Translations under genes and position numbers: made by a program | In this document: piece by piece, positions 18,593-27,966 of the stretch | Layout of the letters: every line of letters begins with the position of its first letter | Numbering within the stretch: position 1 is the stretch's first letter | Notes under the pieces: generated by a model | Told to the model about the DNA's origin: nothing | The model's input: the letters and a program-made list of their open reading frames with translations, nothing else | Database searches by the model: none | Assembly (NCBI GenBank): GCA_963619835.1 | Contig: CAVEYD010000003.1 | Span: 1-51,110 of the forward strand | Reading direction: 5' to 3' | DNA from: a bacterium | GTDB taxonomy: Bacteria > Bacillota > Clostridia > Christensenellales > CAG-314 | Length of the DNA stretch: 51,110 nt

Positions 18593-19093
18593 TTAACATT
18601 GTTCAGTAATTTGCTTTTTTATAATGGAATCAATAACAATGCAAGCAACATTTACAAATGCACAAACAATGCAAGCGGCAAAAGAAATAGGAATAATTTT
18701 AACAAAACTCATTAAAAGAGCTGTAACAATGGCGATACAAACGGTTGCGAGTATGTCAAAAACAATAATAGTAGTATTGATACCCTTCTTTTGCTTGTGT
18801 AACGAGGTTGACTTTAGTACAATTTGCACTGCATTAAAAACGATGTATGCTATGCCGAATGGTACGCAAATTGCACTAAAGACAAAAATAAAGCCAAGCG
18901 CCTCTCCTAATTCTTGGTTTGTATTGTCGTCGCCTTCAGTAGTTGTTCCCTCGGAAGAAGAATTGTCTTGCGATGAATTGTCTTTTGACAAGGAGTCAAG
19001 TCCGGTCACTAACGAAATTGTGATAAAAACCACTAAAACAACAGCTAATATCGAAAGCAATAATGATGCTACTTTTAATTTTTGAGTACTCAT
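18593..19093 (-). CDS. Small multi-TM membrane protein, function unknown
   Basis: 166 aa with an N-terminal TM helix, a Ser/Asp/Asn/Thr-rich acidic segment, then about three more hydrophobic helices. AGGGGGA RBS 6 nt upstream of the ATG. Lies 47 nt downstream of pth on the same strand. Confidence 0.65.
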   Translation of the reverse strand: MSTQKLKVASLLLSILAVVLVVFITISLVTGLDSLSKDNSSQDNSSSEGTTTEGDDNTNQELGEALGFIFVFSAICVPFGIAYIVFNAVQIVLKSTSLHKQKKGINTTIIVFDILATVCIAIVTALLMSFVKIIPISFAACIVCAFVNVACIVIDSIIKKQITEQC

Positions 19094-19140
19094 TGTGTCC
19101 CCCTAAAAGAATTTGATTTAAACACGGTAATATGCGTTTT

Positions 19141-19713
19141 TTATTTTGTTGGTAAATAGTTGTGGCGTTGCATAACAATGTCTATGTTTTCGCCTTGGAC
19201 ATATTCTTTTATGGCATTTGCGGCAGAATCAACTGCTTTGTCAAGAAGTAAGTGATCATCGGCTGACATTTGCGATAAAACAAAATCGACTAAAGCCATC
19301 GGTGTTTCTTTTTTAAAACCTACTCTTACTCGAGGGAAAGCGGTTGTTCCAAGTTTGTTTACTATATCACGCATGCCGTTGTGTGTTCCTGCAGAACCGT
19401 CTTTTCTTATTCTTAAACTTCCCATCGGCAAGTCAACGTCGTCGTAAGCAACTATTAAGTGACCTTGTTCGATTTTATATTTGTTGCACAATTCTATTAC
19501 GGCTTGTCCGGAAAGATTCATGTAAGTTGTAGGTTTAGCGACAATTACTTTTTCGCCGTTCACATGAGTGTGCGCCGTAACTGCACAGCATTCTCCCTTA
19601 TTAAATTCTGCATCAAGAAGTTTTGCGACTCTGTCTGCAACCATAAATCCCAAATTATGAAAGGTGTTTAGATATTTTTTATCCGGATTTCCCAAACCGA
19701 CAACAAGATACAT
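19141..19713 (-). CDS. pth: Peptidyl-tRNA hydrolase
   Basis: 190 aa, MYLVVGLGNPDKKYLNTFHNLGF. Confidence 0.95.
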   Translation of the reverse strand: MYLVVGLGNPDKKYLNTFHNLGFMVADRVAKLLDAEFNKGECCAVTAHTHVNGEKVIVAKPTTYMNLSGQAVIELCNKYKIEQGHLIVAYDDVDLPMGSLRIRKDGSAGTHNGMRDIVNKLGTTAFPRVRVGFKKETPMALVDFVLSQMSADDHLLLDKAVDSAANAIKEYVQGENIDIVMQRHNYLPTK

Positions 19714-19914
19714 TTAAAAATTCCTATTTTTTTATTGTATTGTAGCATAGTTTTTTTATTTAGTAAAGATGTTTGAAAAAGATTGCTTTGGACGAATTGT
19801 GTTCGATCGATTTTTTCTTTAATCGACGAACAAGACCGAACGATAAAATGTTTACAAGTTACATAAAAAGTATTAAAATATAGTAGAAAATCTGAAAAAG
19901 ATTTTTAAAATAAC

Positions 19915-22900
19915 ATGCTTAAGTATTTTGAAAGATTAAAAAACACACAAGCATACCAAAATTTGCTTAACACCACCCGCGATAAAAATTTTGTCGCGGC
20001 TTTTGGCGTGCAACCAAACGAAAAAGCTTTTGTTGCATCCCTTTTCTCCGACAGCATTTTGTATGTCTGTTCGGATTATGTTGAAAGTCAACGAATTTTT
20101 AGAGAAATTCAGAGTTTAACAGAAGGCAAGGCATTTTACTTGCCACATAAAGACGATGTGTTGTTATATAAGCGTAATTCGTCAAAAAATATCATATACG
20201 AACGTAACTTTGTATTGCACAAACTTTTGCAAGAGAATATCGTTGTCGTGTGTTGTGTCGAAGCACTTATGCAATATTTGCCGAGCAAAGAAAAGTTTTT
20301 GCAAGATTCGTTTGTGTTGCAACAAGGAGTTTGCTATGACACAAAACTTCTTTTAAGTCAGCTTGTAGCTTGCGGGTTTAAACGCACGGATGGCATTTCG
20401 TCGGAAGGGGAATTTACTCTCCGCGGAGATATTTTAGATATATATCTGCCATTTGATAAGCGTTACAGAGTGGATTTTTTTGATGACGAAGTAGAAAAAA
20501 TTCGTCTTGTGACGGATGAAAGTACAACGGAGATAGAAAATTTTGAAGTTTATCCGTTGTATGACACCGTTGGATTATCTTCAAAAAAATTAGAAGGTGT
20601 TCAAAAGCTTGTTAGACAGTCAAAAATCTCAAACGATGCACAAAGCAGACTGTCTGAAATTTTTTCAGAGCTTTCAGTTGCCGCCTCAAGCGGGATTGTC
20701 GACAACAATTGGCTTGTTCCTTTTGTCGATTGTCAAACAATTGCAAATTATTTGCCAAACGATACAGTAGTTATTTGGGACGAACCAAAGTTATTGAAGA
20801 GCCGAGTCGACTTTTTGAGCAACGAACACCTTCAACGCGTATCGAACTTAGCTAAGGCCGGGGAAGTCCTTCCGGTGCATTACAACAGTTTGTTGCCGGT
20901 CAAAAAAGTATTTGATTTGCCTTTCTGTCAACTTTCATTGCAGACTTTGCCCTACAAGGCGGACTTTTTTGAACCGGATGCTATTTGCAATTTAAAAACA
21001 GGGGCTGTGCCGAACTATGCCGTTTCCGAAGATACATTAGCAAACGATATAAAAAATTGGCAACAATCCAATTACCAAGTGTCGATATTTGTTGGAAGAG
21101 ACGACGTAAAACAGATAATTGACAAAATGTCGGCACTCGGCGTTTATTTGACTGATGGCATCTGTGGAACATCAGATGGCGTGATATTTCCGATTGCACT
21201 CGAACGTGGCTTTGTTTCTCACTCTAACAAGCTTGTTGTAATAGGGTCTCGCGATTTGGGACGAGGGGTAAAGAAAAAAGCTATTTCTAAGGGCAAACGC
21301 CAAGCCTTTTTGTCGGTAGAAAAGGGCGATTACGTTGTACATGAAATTCATGGTATTGGTCTTTGCGAAGGAATACAAAAGCTAAAAACCGGTGATTGTG
21401 AAAAAGATTACGTAGTTGTTTTGTATAAAAACGGCGACCGTCTTTATGTCCCCGTTGATGCGACAGACATGCTTTCTCGCTATTCCGGCGGAGACCATCC
21501 AACACTGTCTAAGCTTGGCGGTGATGATTTTTCTAAAGTAAAAGAAAAAGTTCGTAGTGGCATCAAAGCGATGTCGATAGACTTGCTTAAGCTTTATGCC
21601 GACAGAGAAAAAGCTCGTGGATTTAAATATCATATAGACGACTATCTTGCCGAAGAGTTTGGACAATACTTTCCATATCGGTTAACTGAAGACCAAGTAA
21701 AATGTCAAAAGGAAATTGTTGCCGACTTGACTTCGGAAAAAATAATGGATCGTGTTTTAGTCGGTGATGTTGGATACGGCAAAACGGAAGTCGCTATGCG
21801 TGCTGCCTTTGATGTGGTGTCTAATGGCTATCAGGTTGCAGTTCTTGCGCCCACAACAATTTTGGCAGAACAACATTTCAACTCCTTTAAAGAACGTATG
21901 TCTCATTTTGACATAAGAGTTGAGTGCTTAAACAGGTTTCGTTCGCCCGAACAACAAAAGAAAATTTTAGAGGCAACCAAGCAAGGCAAGGTCGATATTC
22001 TTATCGGAACGCATCGGTTGTTGTCTAAAGACGTAGTTTTTGATAAACTCGGTTTGCTTGTTTTGGATGAAGAACAACGCTTCGGAGTCGAACACAAGGA
22101 GACAATTAAAAATATCAAACGAAACGTCGATGTTTTGACGTTGTCGGCAACACCTATTCCACGCACGCTTCACATGGCGCTTTCCGGCATAAGAGATATT
22201 TCAACGATAACAACTCCGCCTGTTGACAGAATGGCCGTGGAAACATTTGTCGTGGAAGAAAGTGATGCGCTTATTACAGACGTTATCGCAAGGGAACTCG
22301 GCCGTGGTGGACAAGTTTTTGTTGTTTACAATCGTGTTCAATCTATCGAATCTTTTGCAAACAAAGTGTCAAATTTGGTTCCGCAAGCAAAAATTATTGT
22401 TGCACATGGGCAAATGTCCGAAAACGAGTTGGAAGATGCTGTTTTGTCGTTTGCCGAAGGAAAGGGTAATGTGCTTGTTTGCTCAACCATTATTGAAAAC
22501 GGTATAGATATTCCAAACGCAAACACAATTATAGTTGTCGATGCTGACAAGCTTGGTCTTTCGCAGCTTTACCAACTAAGAGGACGCGTTGGTCGTAGCG
22601 ATAGGCTTGCGTATGCTTATTTCTTGTACAAGCAAGATAAGGTTTTAAGCGAAGTTGCCTACAAACGGCTCGCCTCTATTACAGAATACAGTGAACTTGG
22701 CAGTGGTTTCAAAATTGCTATGAAAGATCTTGAAATAAGAGGTGCAGGCAATATTTTGGGACGAGAACAGCATGGGCACATGGTAAAAGTCGGTTACGAC
22801 ATGTATGCGCGCATGTTAAAGGAAACTGTTGCCGAATTGAAAGGCGAAAAACCCCAGCAAAAGATTTACACGGATGTCGAAGTGGACATTGAAGCTTATG

Positions 22901-23322
22901 CTTCGGAATCGTACATTCCGCGTCAAAGTGACAGGATGGACTTTTATCAACAACTTGCAGCATGCAAAGATGTTTCTGAAATCGATAAACTGCAAAAACA
23001 AATTGTTGATGTGTACGGAGCTTGTCCGATCACCGTATTGAACTTGTTTACCGTGGCGCGTCTCAAAGTTTTGGCAAACCAAGTAGGCATAAGCAAAGTT
23101 TCCGTTAGAGTAGGAAAGGGCGAATTTACATTTGCAACGAAAGAAAAAATGATGCGCAAAGAAGTGTTTGATGCATTATCGGCGGACGAACGCATACAAC
23201 CGCTTTCAGGAAGTTACGGGGTGCAATTTATTGCACATGACTTTTTACAGAAGGATCGTTTGCTAAGTTCAATGTTTGATTTTTTAAATAATGTCATTGG
23301 CAATAATGCAAATTGCAAGTAG
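19915..23322 (+). CDS. mfd: Transcription-repair coupling factor
   Basis: 1135 aa with helicase motifs GDVGYGKTEVA and LLVLDEEQRFG, a CarD-like region (YVVHEIHGIG) and a C-terminal TRG region. Confidence 0.96.
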   Translation: MLKYFERLKNTQAYQNLLNTTRDKNFVAAFGVQPNEKAFVASLFSDSILYVCSDYVESQRIFREIQSLTEGKAFYLPHKDDVLLYKRNSSKNIIYERNFVLHKLLQENIVVVCCVEALMQYLPSKEKFLQDSFVLQQGVCYDTKLLLSQLVACGFKRTDGISSEGEFTLRGDILDIYLPFDKRYRVDFFDDEVEKIRLVTDESTTEIENFEVYPLYDTVGLSSKKLEGVQKLVRQSKISNDAQSRLSEIFSELSVAASSGIVDNNWLVPFVDCQTIANYLPNDTVVIWDEPKLLKSRVDFLSNEHLQRVSNLAKAGEVLPVHYNSLLPVKKVFDLPFCQLSLQTLPYKADFFEPDAICNLKTGAVPNYAVSEDTLANDIKNWQQSNYQVSIFVGRDDVKQIIDKMSALGVYLTDGICGTSDGVIFPIALERGFVSHSNKLVVIGSRDLGRGVKKKAISKGKRQAFLSVEKGDYVVHEIHGIGLCEGIQKLKTGDCEKDYVVVLYKNGDRLYVPVDATDMLSRYSGGDHPTLSKLGGDDFSKVKEKVRSGIKAMSIDLLKLYADREKARGFKYHIDDYLAEEFGQYFPYRLTEDQVKCQKEIVADLTSEKIMDRVLVGDVGYGKTEVAMRAAFDVVSNGYQVAVLAPTTILAEQHFNSFKERMSHFDIRVECLNRFRSPEQQKKILEATKQGKVDILIGTHRLLSKDVVFDKLGLLVLDEEQRFGVEHKETIKNIKRNVDVLTLSATPIPRTLHMALSGIRDISTITTPPVDRMAVETFVVEESDALITDVIARELGRGGQVFVVYNRVQSIESFANKVSNLVPQAKIIVAHGQMSENELEDAVLSFAEGKGNVLVCSTIIENGIDIPNANTIIVVDADKLGLSQLYQLRGRVGRSDRLAYAYFLYKQDKVLSEVAYKRLASITEYSELGSGFKIAMKDLEIRGAGNILGREQHGHMVKVGYDMYARMLKETVAELKGEKPQQKIYTDVEVDIEAYASESYIPRQSDRMDFYQQLAACKDVSEIDKLQKQIVDVYGACPITVLNLFTVARLKVLANQVGISKVSVRVGKGEFTFATKEKMMRKEVFDALSADERIQPLSGSYGVQFIAHDFLQKDRLLSSMFDFLNNVIGNNANCK

Positions 23323-23353
23323 CTTTTAATTAAAACACATTTTTTTGTTGTTA

Positions 23354-23390
23354 CAAGCGGCAAAAGTTGTCTAAACCGCTTGCATTTTAT
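23354..23390 (+). terminator. Probable terminator after mfd
   Basis: CAAGCGG-15 nt-CCGCTTG followed by CATTTTAT. Confidence 0.5.
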
Positions 23391-23524
23391 CCGTGATAAA
23401 TGTATAATAATTTAGTATAAGTGATTTTGCCGAAAGGTGAGTCGCATTAGATTAAGAACAAGTCGGAATGTCTTTGTAAGGCAATCTTGTTTGACGTTCC
23501 GCGTAAAGTTTTGGGAGTAACAAA

Positions 23525-25411
23525 ATGAAAAAAGCAACAAGATTAATTTCTATACTTCTATTGACGGTTTTGGTTATAGGTGTTTTGTCCGGTTGCGCCT
23601 CTTTTGGCAAAAATACGACAAAATATCGTGCGCAAACAGCACTTACTGTCGGAAATCAAAAAATAACCATTGGAAAAATTGTTGACACGTTTAACAATTA
23701 CTACAATAGCTACTATTCGTATATTAGCCAAGGCTATGTTACCGCAGACAGTTTGTTTAGCATGGCAATTTCTTCTCTTTACACTCAATATATGAAAGTG
23801 GATAGCTATATTGCTAACAATGCAGATCAAGTATATTCGCATTCCCTTTCAAGCTTTTGTAATTATGCAAACTACTTGACGGAAGACGAAATGAAGTATG
23901 TAATAAGCTACATCAAGTACTTAATCTTTACAAACTATGATAGCGCTGTCGAATCTCAACTTGAAGCCGACTACAATCTTGGTGACGAAACTGAAAGTGA
24001 AGATACTTCCAGAGACTTTACCGAGTATGACGATTGGGACGGAACAACAACCTACAATGCATATTTGCTAAGCCAAAACTTCAAAAACGAAGACATGGAT
24101 GAATATTTTGCAAATTACTATGGCGGATCCGTATCATACGATGTTGACGTTGCTTCCTATATCTACGAAAATGCAGATGCTGCCGCAAAAAGAATTGCAG
24201 ACTACAATGCACGTATAGACGACGAAGACGACAAGCTTACATTTGAATCCTACAAAGAAATTCAACAAAACGTTTACAACAAGTACAACAAGAGCATCGA
24301 AAGTTCTTATGGAATTAAAATGGATGCGTTTGTTAAAAACCAAATTGAAGACGCTGTTGTTTCTTGCTTGGTAAACAAGTATAATTCAGCTGCAAGCAAA
24401 GATTTGGAAACAACTGCTCAACTTGAAAGCGTATTTGCTGCGCTTAACGACAATTACGCGAAAGACAAGAGCGCTCAAGCAGCAAGCTTCAACTTTGGTA
24501 CTGAGTTTACCAGTTTTATTGAAGGACTTTCCGACGGAAATTACATTTACAATGTTCCTGCAGATTACAAATATATTTTTGTAAAGAACATTCTTGTTCC
24601 GTTTACGGATGCTCAAAAAGCTGCTCTTACAAATTATGCCAACTCACTTGGAATTACCGAATCCAGCCTCAACGATTGCGATGATGCGGATAGAAAAAAT
24701 GCTTACATCGCTTACCGCAACAAGATTGCATCCGAAATTGTTGCCGAAAAGTACACGCTTAGCGAAGGAAAATTTGTGTTTGACGACGAAGGCGAATTTG
24801 TAACAACAAAAGAAAACAACTTGTTTGCACTTGACGCTTCCGGAAAACTTGTAATGGGAACAAACACCGATAGTGACCTTGTAAAGTATCTAAATGGCGG
24901 AAACGTAACAGCAATCTCCGGCAAGACAAAGACAGAAACAATTGTTGAGCTTATGAAAGAGTACAACACCGATACTGCTCAACACACGGCTGCTTACGAC
25001 TATGTTGTCCGCATCGATGCTCCGGAAGATTACGAACCCAAATGGGTAAGTGAATTTGTTGCTGCTGCCGAAGAAGCTTATACAACAGGCAAAGAAACAT
25101 ATGCTTTGTGCGTTTCGTCTTATGGAGTACACATTGTGTACTACACCGATGACGTTACAGAGTTTGTTCCTGATTTTGCAACAAACTACAACAAGACAAA
25201 CACTCTTGAATACAAACTTTTCAAAGCTTACTACGAAACAAAAGCTGACGAAATGTTAGAGGATGCAGTTGATTCCTTGGAAAAGAATTACTTTGTTTCA
25301 ACGGAAAACAGCAAACCGCAAATAACGGCAACTAAAGTTTTTGACAATTTTGTTAAAGATCAAGGTTTCACATTTGATTTTACCAAGTCGATTACCGTTG
25401 ATGAAGACTAA
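23525..25411 (+). CDS. Lipoprotein, PrsA/SurA-like putative foldase with a degenerate parvulin-like C-terminal region
   Basis: Lipobox LSGC after a signal peptide. A SurA_N-like segment follows (ALTVGNQKITIGKIVDTFNNYY). Near the C-terminus, ALCVSSYGVHIVYY resembles the parvulin G(Y/F)HII strand. The position after mfd is where PrsA-like genes sit in many Clostridia. Confidence 0.55.
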   Translation: MKKATRLISILLLTVLVIGVLSGCASFGKNTTKYRAQTALTVGNQKITIGKIVDTFNNYYNSYYSYISQGYVTADSLFSMAISSLYTQYMKVDSYIANNADQVYSHSLSSFCNYANYLTEDEMKYVISYIKYLIFTNYDSAVESQLEADYNLGDETESEDTSRDFTEYDDWDGTTTYNAYLLSQNFKNEDMDEYFANYYGGSVSYDVDVASYIYENADAAAKRIADYNARIDDEDDKLTFESYKEIQQNVYNKYNKSIESSYGIKMDAFVKNQIEDAVVSCLVNKYNSAASKDLETTAQLESVFAALNDNYAKDKSAQAASFNFGTEFTSFIEGLSDGNYIYNVPADYKYIFVKNILVPFTDAQKAALTNYANSLGITESSLNDCDDADRKNAYIAYRNKIASEIVAEKYTLSEGKFVFDDEGEFVTTKENNLFALDASGKLVMGTNTDSDLVKYLNGGNVTAISGKTKTETIVELMKEYNTDTAQHTAAYDYVVRIDAPEDYEPKWVSEFVAAAEEAYTTGKETYALCVSSYGVHIVYYTDDVTEFVPDFATNYNKTNTLEYKLFKAYYETKADEMLEDAVDSLEKNYFVSTENSKPQITATKVFDNFVKDQGFTFDFTKSITVDED

Positions 25412-25432
25412 TTGTATTAACAATCAATAATT

Positions 25433-25470
25433 AAAAAAAAGAACAGCAAAAGGTGCTGTTCTTTTTTTTG
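25433..25470 (+). terminator. Rho-independent terminator
   Basis: GAACAGCA-aaagg-TGCTGTTC flanked by A8 and T8 runs. Confidence 0.85.
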
Positions 25471-25577
25471 TTTTCTTGAAAAAACAATTTATTTTAATTG
25501 TTGTTTTTTTTAATTTTTATTGCAAGTAAACGGTTTTTCAAAACGATCTAAAACATTTTTTTAGTAGTGTAATTTGT

Positions 25578-25606
25578 TTGACAAAAAAATACCCATAGTG
25601 TAAAAT
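25578..25606 (+). promoter_or_regulatory. Sigma-A promoter of the xpt leader
   Basis: TTGACA (25578-25583), 17-nt spacer, TAAAAT (25601-25606). Confidence 0.65.
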
Positions 25607-25629
25607 ACACTTATAAAAATTGAATAAAG

Positions 25630-25694
25630 CCAATATATCTACGGATTTAGGGCCCGTAAGTTTCTACCGCATCGCCGAAAGATGCGACTATTGG
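25630..25694 (+). promoter_or_regulatory. Purine riboswitch aptamer, guanine/xanthine class (C at the specificity position)
   Basis: P1 CCAATA/TATTGG; P2 TACGG-atttaggg-CCGTA; J2/3 AGTTTCTACC, identical to the B. subtilis xpt aptamer; P3 CGCATC-gccgaaa-GATGCG; then A-C-T before the P1 3' strand. Confidence 0.9.
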
Positions 25695-25740
25695 ACACAT
25701 GCTTCTTTACACGTAAGGAAGCAGTATCTCTATTGGCAAG

Positions 25741-25771
25741 CAAGTTTACTTTTATGTTGACTTGTTTTTTT
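25741..25771 (+). terminator. Terminator-like hairpin 1 in the xpt leader (probable riboswitch expression platform)
   Basis: CAAGTTTAC-6 nt-GTTGACTTG followed by T7. Confidence 0.6.
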
Positions 25772-25809
25772 GTTTTCATCGCCAATGTTTAGGATACATC
25801 TGTCTATAG

Positions 25810-25850
25810 CGCGAGAAACGTCAAAATGTTTTTTCGCGTTTTTTGTTTTT
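25810..25850 (+). terminator. Terminator-like hairpin 2 in the xpt leader
   Basis: CGCGAGAAA-11 nt-TTTTTCGCG followed by TTTTTTGTTTTTT. Confidence 0.55.
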
Positions 25851-25904
25851 TACAAAACCTACAAAACATTTTAAACCAAAGTAAAAACCGCAAGGGAACT
25901 ATTT

Positions 25905-26480
25905 ATGAAATATCTCGAAAAAAAGATTTTAACAGAAGGAAAAGTGCTTCAAGGAGGCATCTTAAAGGTGGATGGGTTTCTCAACCACCAAATGGATGTT
26001 GCAATTTTGCGCGACTTGGGGCAAGAAATATACAATCATTACAACAACTGCGAAGTAGACAAGGTGCTCACTGTAGAGGCTTCCGGCATAGGAATTGCTT
26101 GTTTTGCTGCGCAGTTTTTTAATTGTAATGTTTTGGTTGCAAAAAAACAAAAATCTCTCAACATTTCTAACGATGTTTATTCTTGTGAAGCGCGTAGTTT
26201 TACCAAAAAAAACACAAATTCGTTAATTGTTTCCAAGGAATACTTGCACAGTGGTGAAAAAGTACTTATCGTAGATGATTTTCTGGCAAGCGGAGAAGCT
26301 TGTTTGGCATTGGCAAACATCGTCGAACAAGCAGGTGCCACCGTTGTGGGAATAAGCTGTGCAATCGAAAAGACCGATCAGGGTGGCTATGATAGGCTTG
26401 TTAACAAGGGCTACAATGTATATTCTCTTGCAAGAATTGCCCACATGTCCGATGACGGAACAATCACATTCATTGATTAG
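25905..26480 (+). CDS. xpt: Xanthine phosphoribosyltransferase
   Basis: 191 aa, MKYLEKKILTEGKVLQGGILKVDGFLNHQMD. PRPP motif VLIVDDFLASGEA. Confidence 0.93.
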   Translation: MKYLEKKILTEGKVLQGGILKVDGFLNHQMDVAILRDLGQEIYNHYNNCEVDKVLTVEASGIGIACFAAQFFNCNVLVAKKQKSLNISNDVYSCEARSFTKKNTNSLIVSKEYLHSGEKVLIVDDFLASGEACLALANIVEQAGATVVGISCAIEKTDQGGYDRLVNKGYNVYSLARIAHMSDDGTITFID

Positions 26481-26608
26481 CAAACTTTATTTATTTTGTC
26501 CTATATGTTTGAAATCAATCAAACGTTGGAATAAATTTGCAACTTGACAACATCGTCAACGTTGCCATCAATTTTCAAAGCCGTAAGGCATACACATGGA
26601 GGTGTAAA

Positions 26609-27859
26609 ATGAAAAAACTATTTACTCTTGTCATTGCTCTTGTAATGATTGTTGCTTGCTCCTTTGGAGTATTTGCTGCATGTGACTCCTCTTCGGAACC
26701 GCTTGTAGGTTTAATTTGTTTGCATGGAGATCAGTCAACTTATGACAAAAACTTCATCGACGCATTCAAAGCGGCATGCGAAGCCAAAGGAATTGGCAAC
26801 AAGTACAAAATTGTAACAAATGTAGAAGAATCTGACGCATGCAAGGAAAATGCAATTAACCTTGTCGAACAAGGATGCAAACTTGTTTTTGCCGATTCTT
26901 TTGGTCATGAAAAATATCTTATGAGTGCCGCTAAGGAATATTCCGATGTTCAATTTTGTCACGGAACAGGCGTTAGTGCACTTGTCAACAAGGACACTGT
27001 TCCTAATTTTCACAACGCATTTGCTTCTATCTACAAAGGAAGATATCTTACCGGTGTTGCAGCAGGATTAAAGCTCAAAGAAATGATTGACAACAACACT
27101 TTGCCTACATCTTCAAAAATGCAAGACGGTAATTACTTGATCGGTTACGTGGGTGCTTACACTTATGCCGAAGTTATCTCCGGTTACACCTCGTTTTATC
27201 TTGGCGTAAAGTCAGTTGTTTCAAACGTAACAATGAAGGTTAAATTTACTGGATCTTGGTACGACGAAACTGCAGAAAAAGAAGCAGCTAAAAGTCTTAT
27301 TACAGAAGGTTGCGCATTGATTTCTCAACATGCAGACAGCATGGGCGCACCTACAGCTTGCGAAGAAGCAGGTATTCCCAATGTTTGCTACAATGTAAGC
27401 ACTGAAAACAGTTGCCCCGACACATACATAATCGCTTCTAAGATTAACTGGCAACCATATTTTGAATATATTATCGATTGTACTCTTAACGGAACAGCAA
27501 TAGACACAGACAAATGCGGCGAGTTGTCAGACAACTCTGTTGTTGTGTTAGACCCGGGTACTGCAGCAGCAAATGGTACGGCTGAAAAAATAGCAGAAGT
27601 AAAAGCTAAGTTGCAAAGTGGCGAACTTGAGGTGTTTGATTGCAGTAAGTTTACCGTAACAGTAACAGATAACAAAAACGCAAACGCAACCGTTGATGCC
27701 GACGGACATTTAACTGCTTATCTTGCAGATTGCGACGGTGACTACACCGGAGAAAAAAATGTTATAGTAGATGGCGCATTTAAAGAATCACTTTATCGTT
27801 CTGCTCCTTATTTTGATGTACAAATAGACGGTATCGAGTTGCTAAATTCAAAGTATTGA
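26609..27859 (+). CDS. BMP-family (PnrA/NupN-like) nucleoside-binding lipoprotein of an ABC transporter
   Basis: The ATG at 26609 follows GGAGGTG. Signal peptide with lipobox VFAAC. BMP-like body, followed by matching ATPase and permease genes. The track start at 26537 was not used. Confidence 0.8.
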   Translation: MKKLFTLVIALVMIVACSFGVFAACDSSSEPLVGLICLHGDQSTYDKNFIDAFKAACEAKGIGNKYKIVTNVEESDACKENAINLVEQGCKLVFADSFGHEKYLMSAAKEYSDVQFCHGTGVSALVNKDTVPNFHNAFASIYKGRYLTGVAAGLKLKEMIDNNTLPTSSKMQDGNYLIGYVGAYTYAEVISGYTSFYLGVKSVVSNVTMKVKFTGSWYDETAEKEAAKSLITEGCALISQHADSMGAPTACEEAGIPNVCYNVSTENSCPDTYIIASKINWQPYFEYIIDCTLNGTAIDTDKCGELSDNSVVVLDPGTAAANGTAEKIAEVKAKLQSGELEVFDCSKFTVTVTDNKNANATVDADGHLTAYLADCDGDYTGEKNVIVDGAFKESLYRSAPYFDVQIDGIELLNSKY

Positions 27860-27908
27860 TTTTCTAAGTCTTATTAAATCGTCACCCAAAATATCTAACA
27901 AACTAAAT

Positions 27909-27946
27909 AGTGCAGGCGGAGAAAAGCTCCGCCGTGCACTGTTTTT
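27909..27946 (+). terminator. Strong intra-operon hairpin/terminator between the binding-protein and ATPase genes
   Basis: AGTGCAGGCGGAG-aaaa-CTCCGCC(g)TGCACT followed by GTTTTT. Confidence 0.75.
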
Positions 27947-27966
27947 AATAATTATAGGAAAACAAC

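Noticed and set aside
18624-19085. Plus-strand 153-aa ORF mirroring the membrane-protein gene.
   Set aside because: It is a shadow ORF. The minus-strand frame has an AGGGGGA RBS, clear TM-helix periodicity and sits in an operon with pth. The plus frame has no RBS and follows a terminator.
25826-26122. 98-aa + strand ORF overlapping the xpt start in another frame.
   Set aside because: It begins inside the terminator-like leader hairpin and overlaps a confidently identified xpt. The composition is Arg/Cys-rich and atypical.
26567-26585. CodY-box-like AATTTTCAAAG upstream of the nucleoside-binding-protein gene.
   Set aside because: Only the first half matches the AATTTTCWGAAAATT consensus. That is too weak to call.
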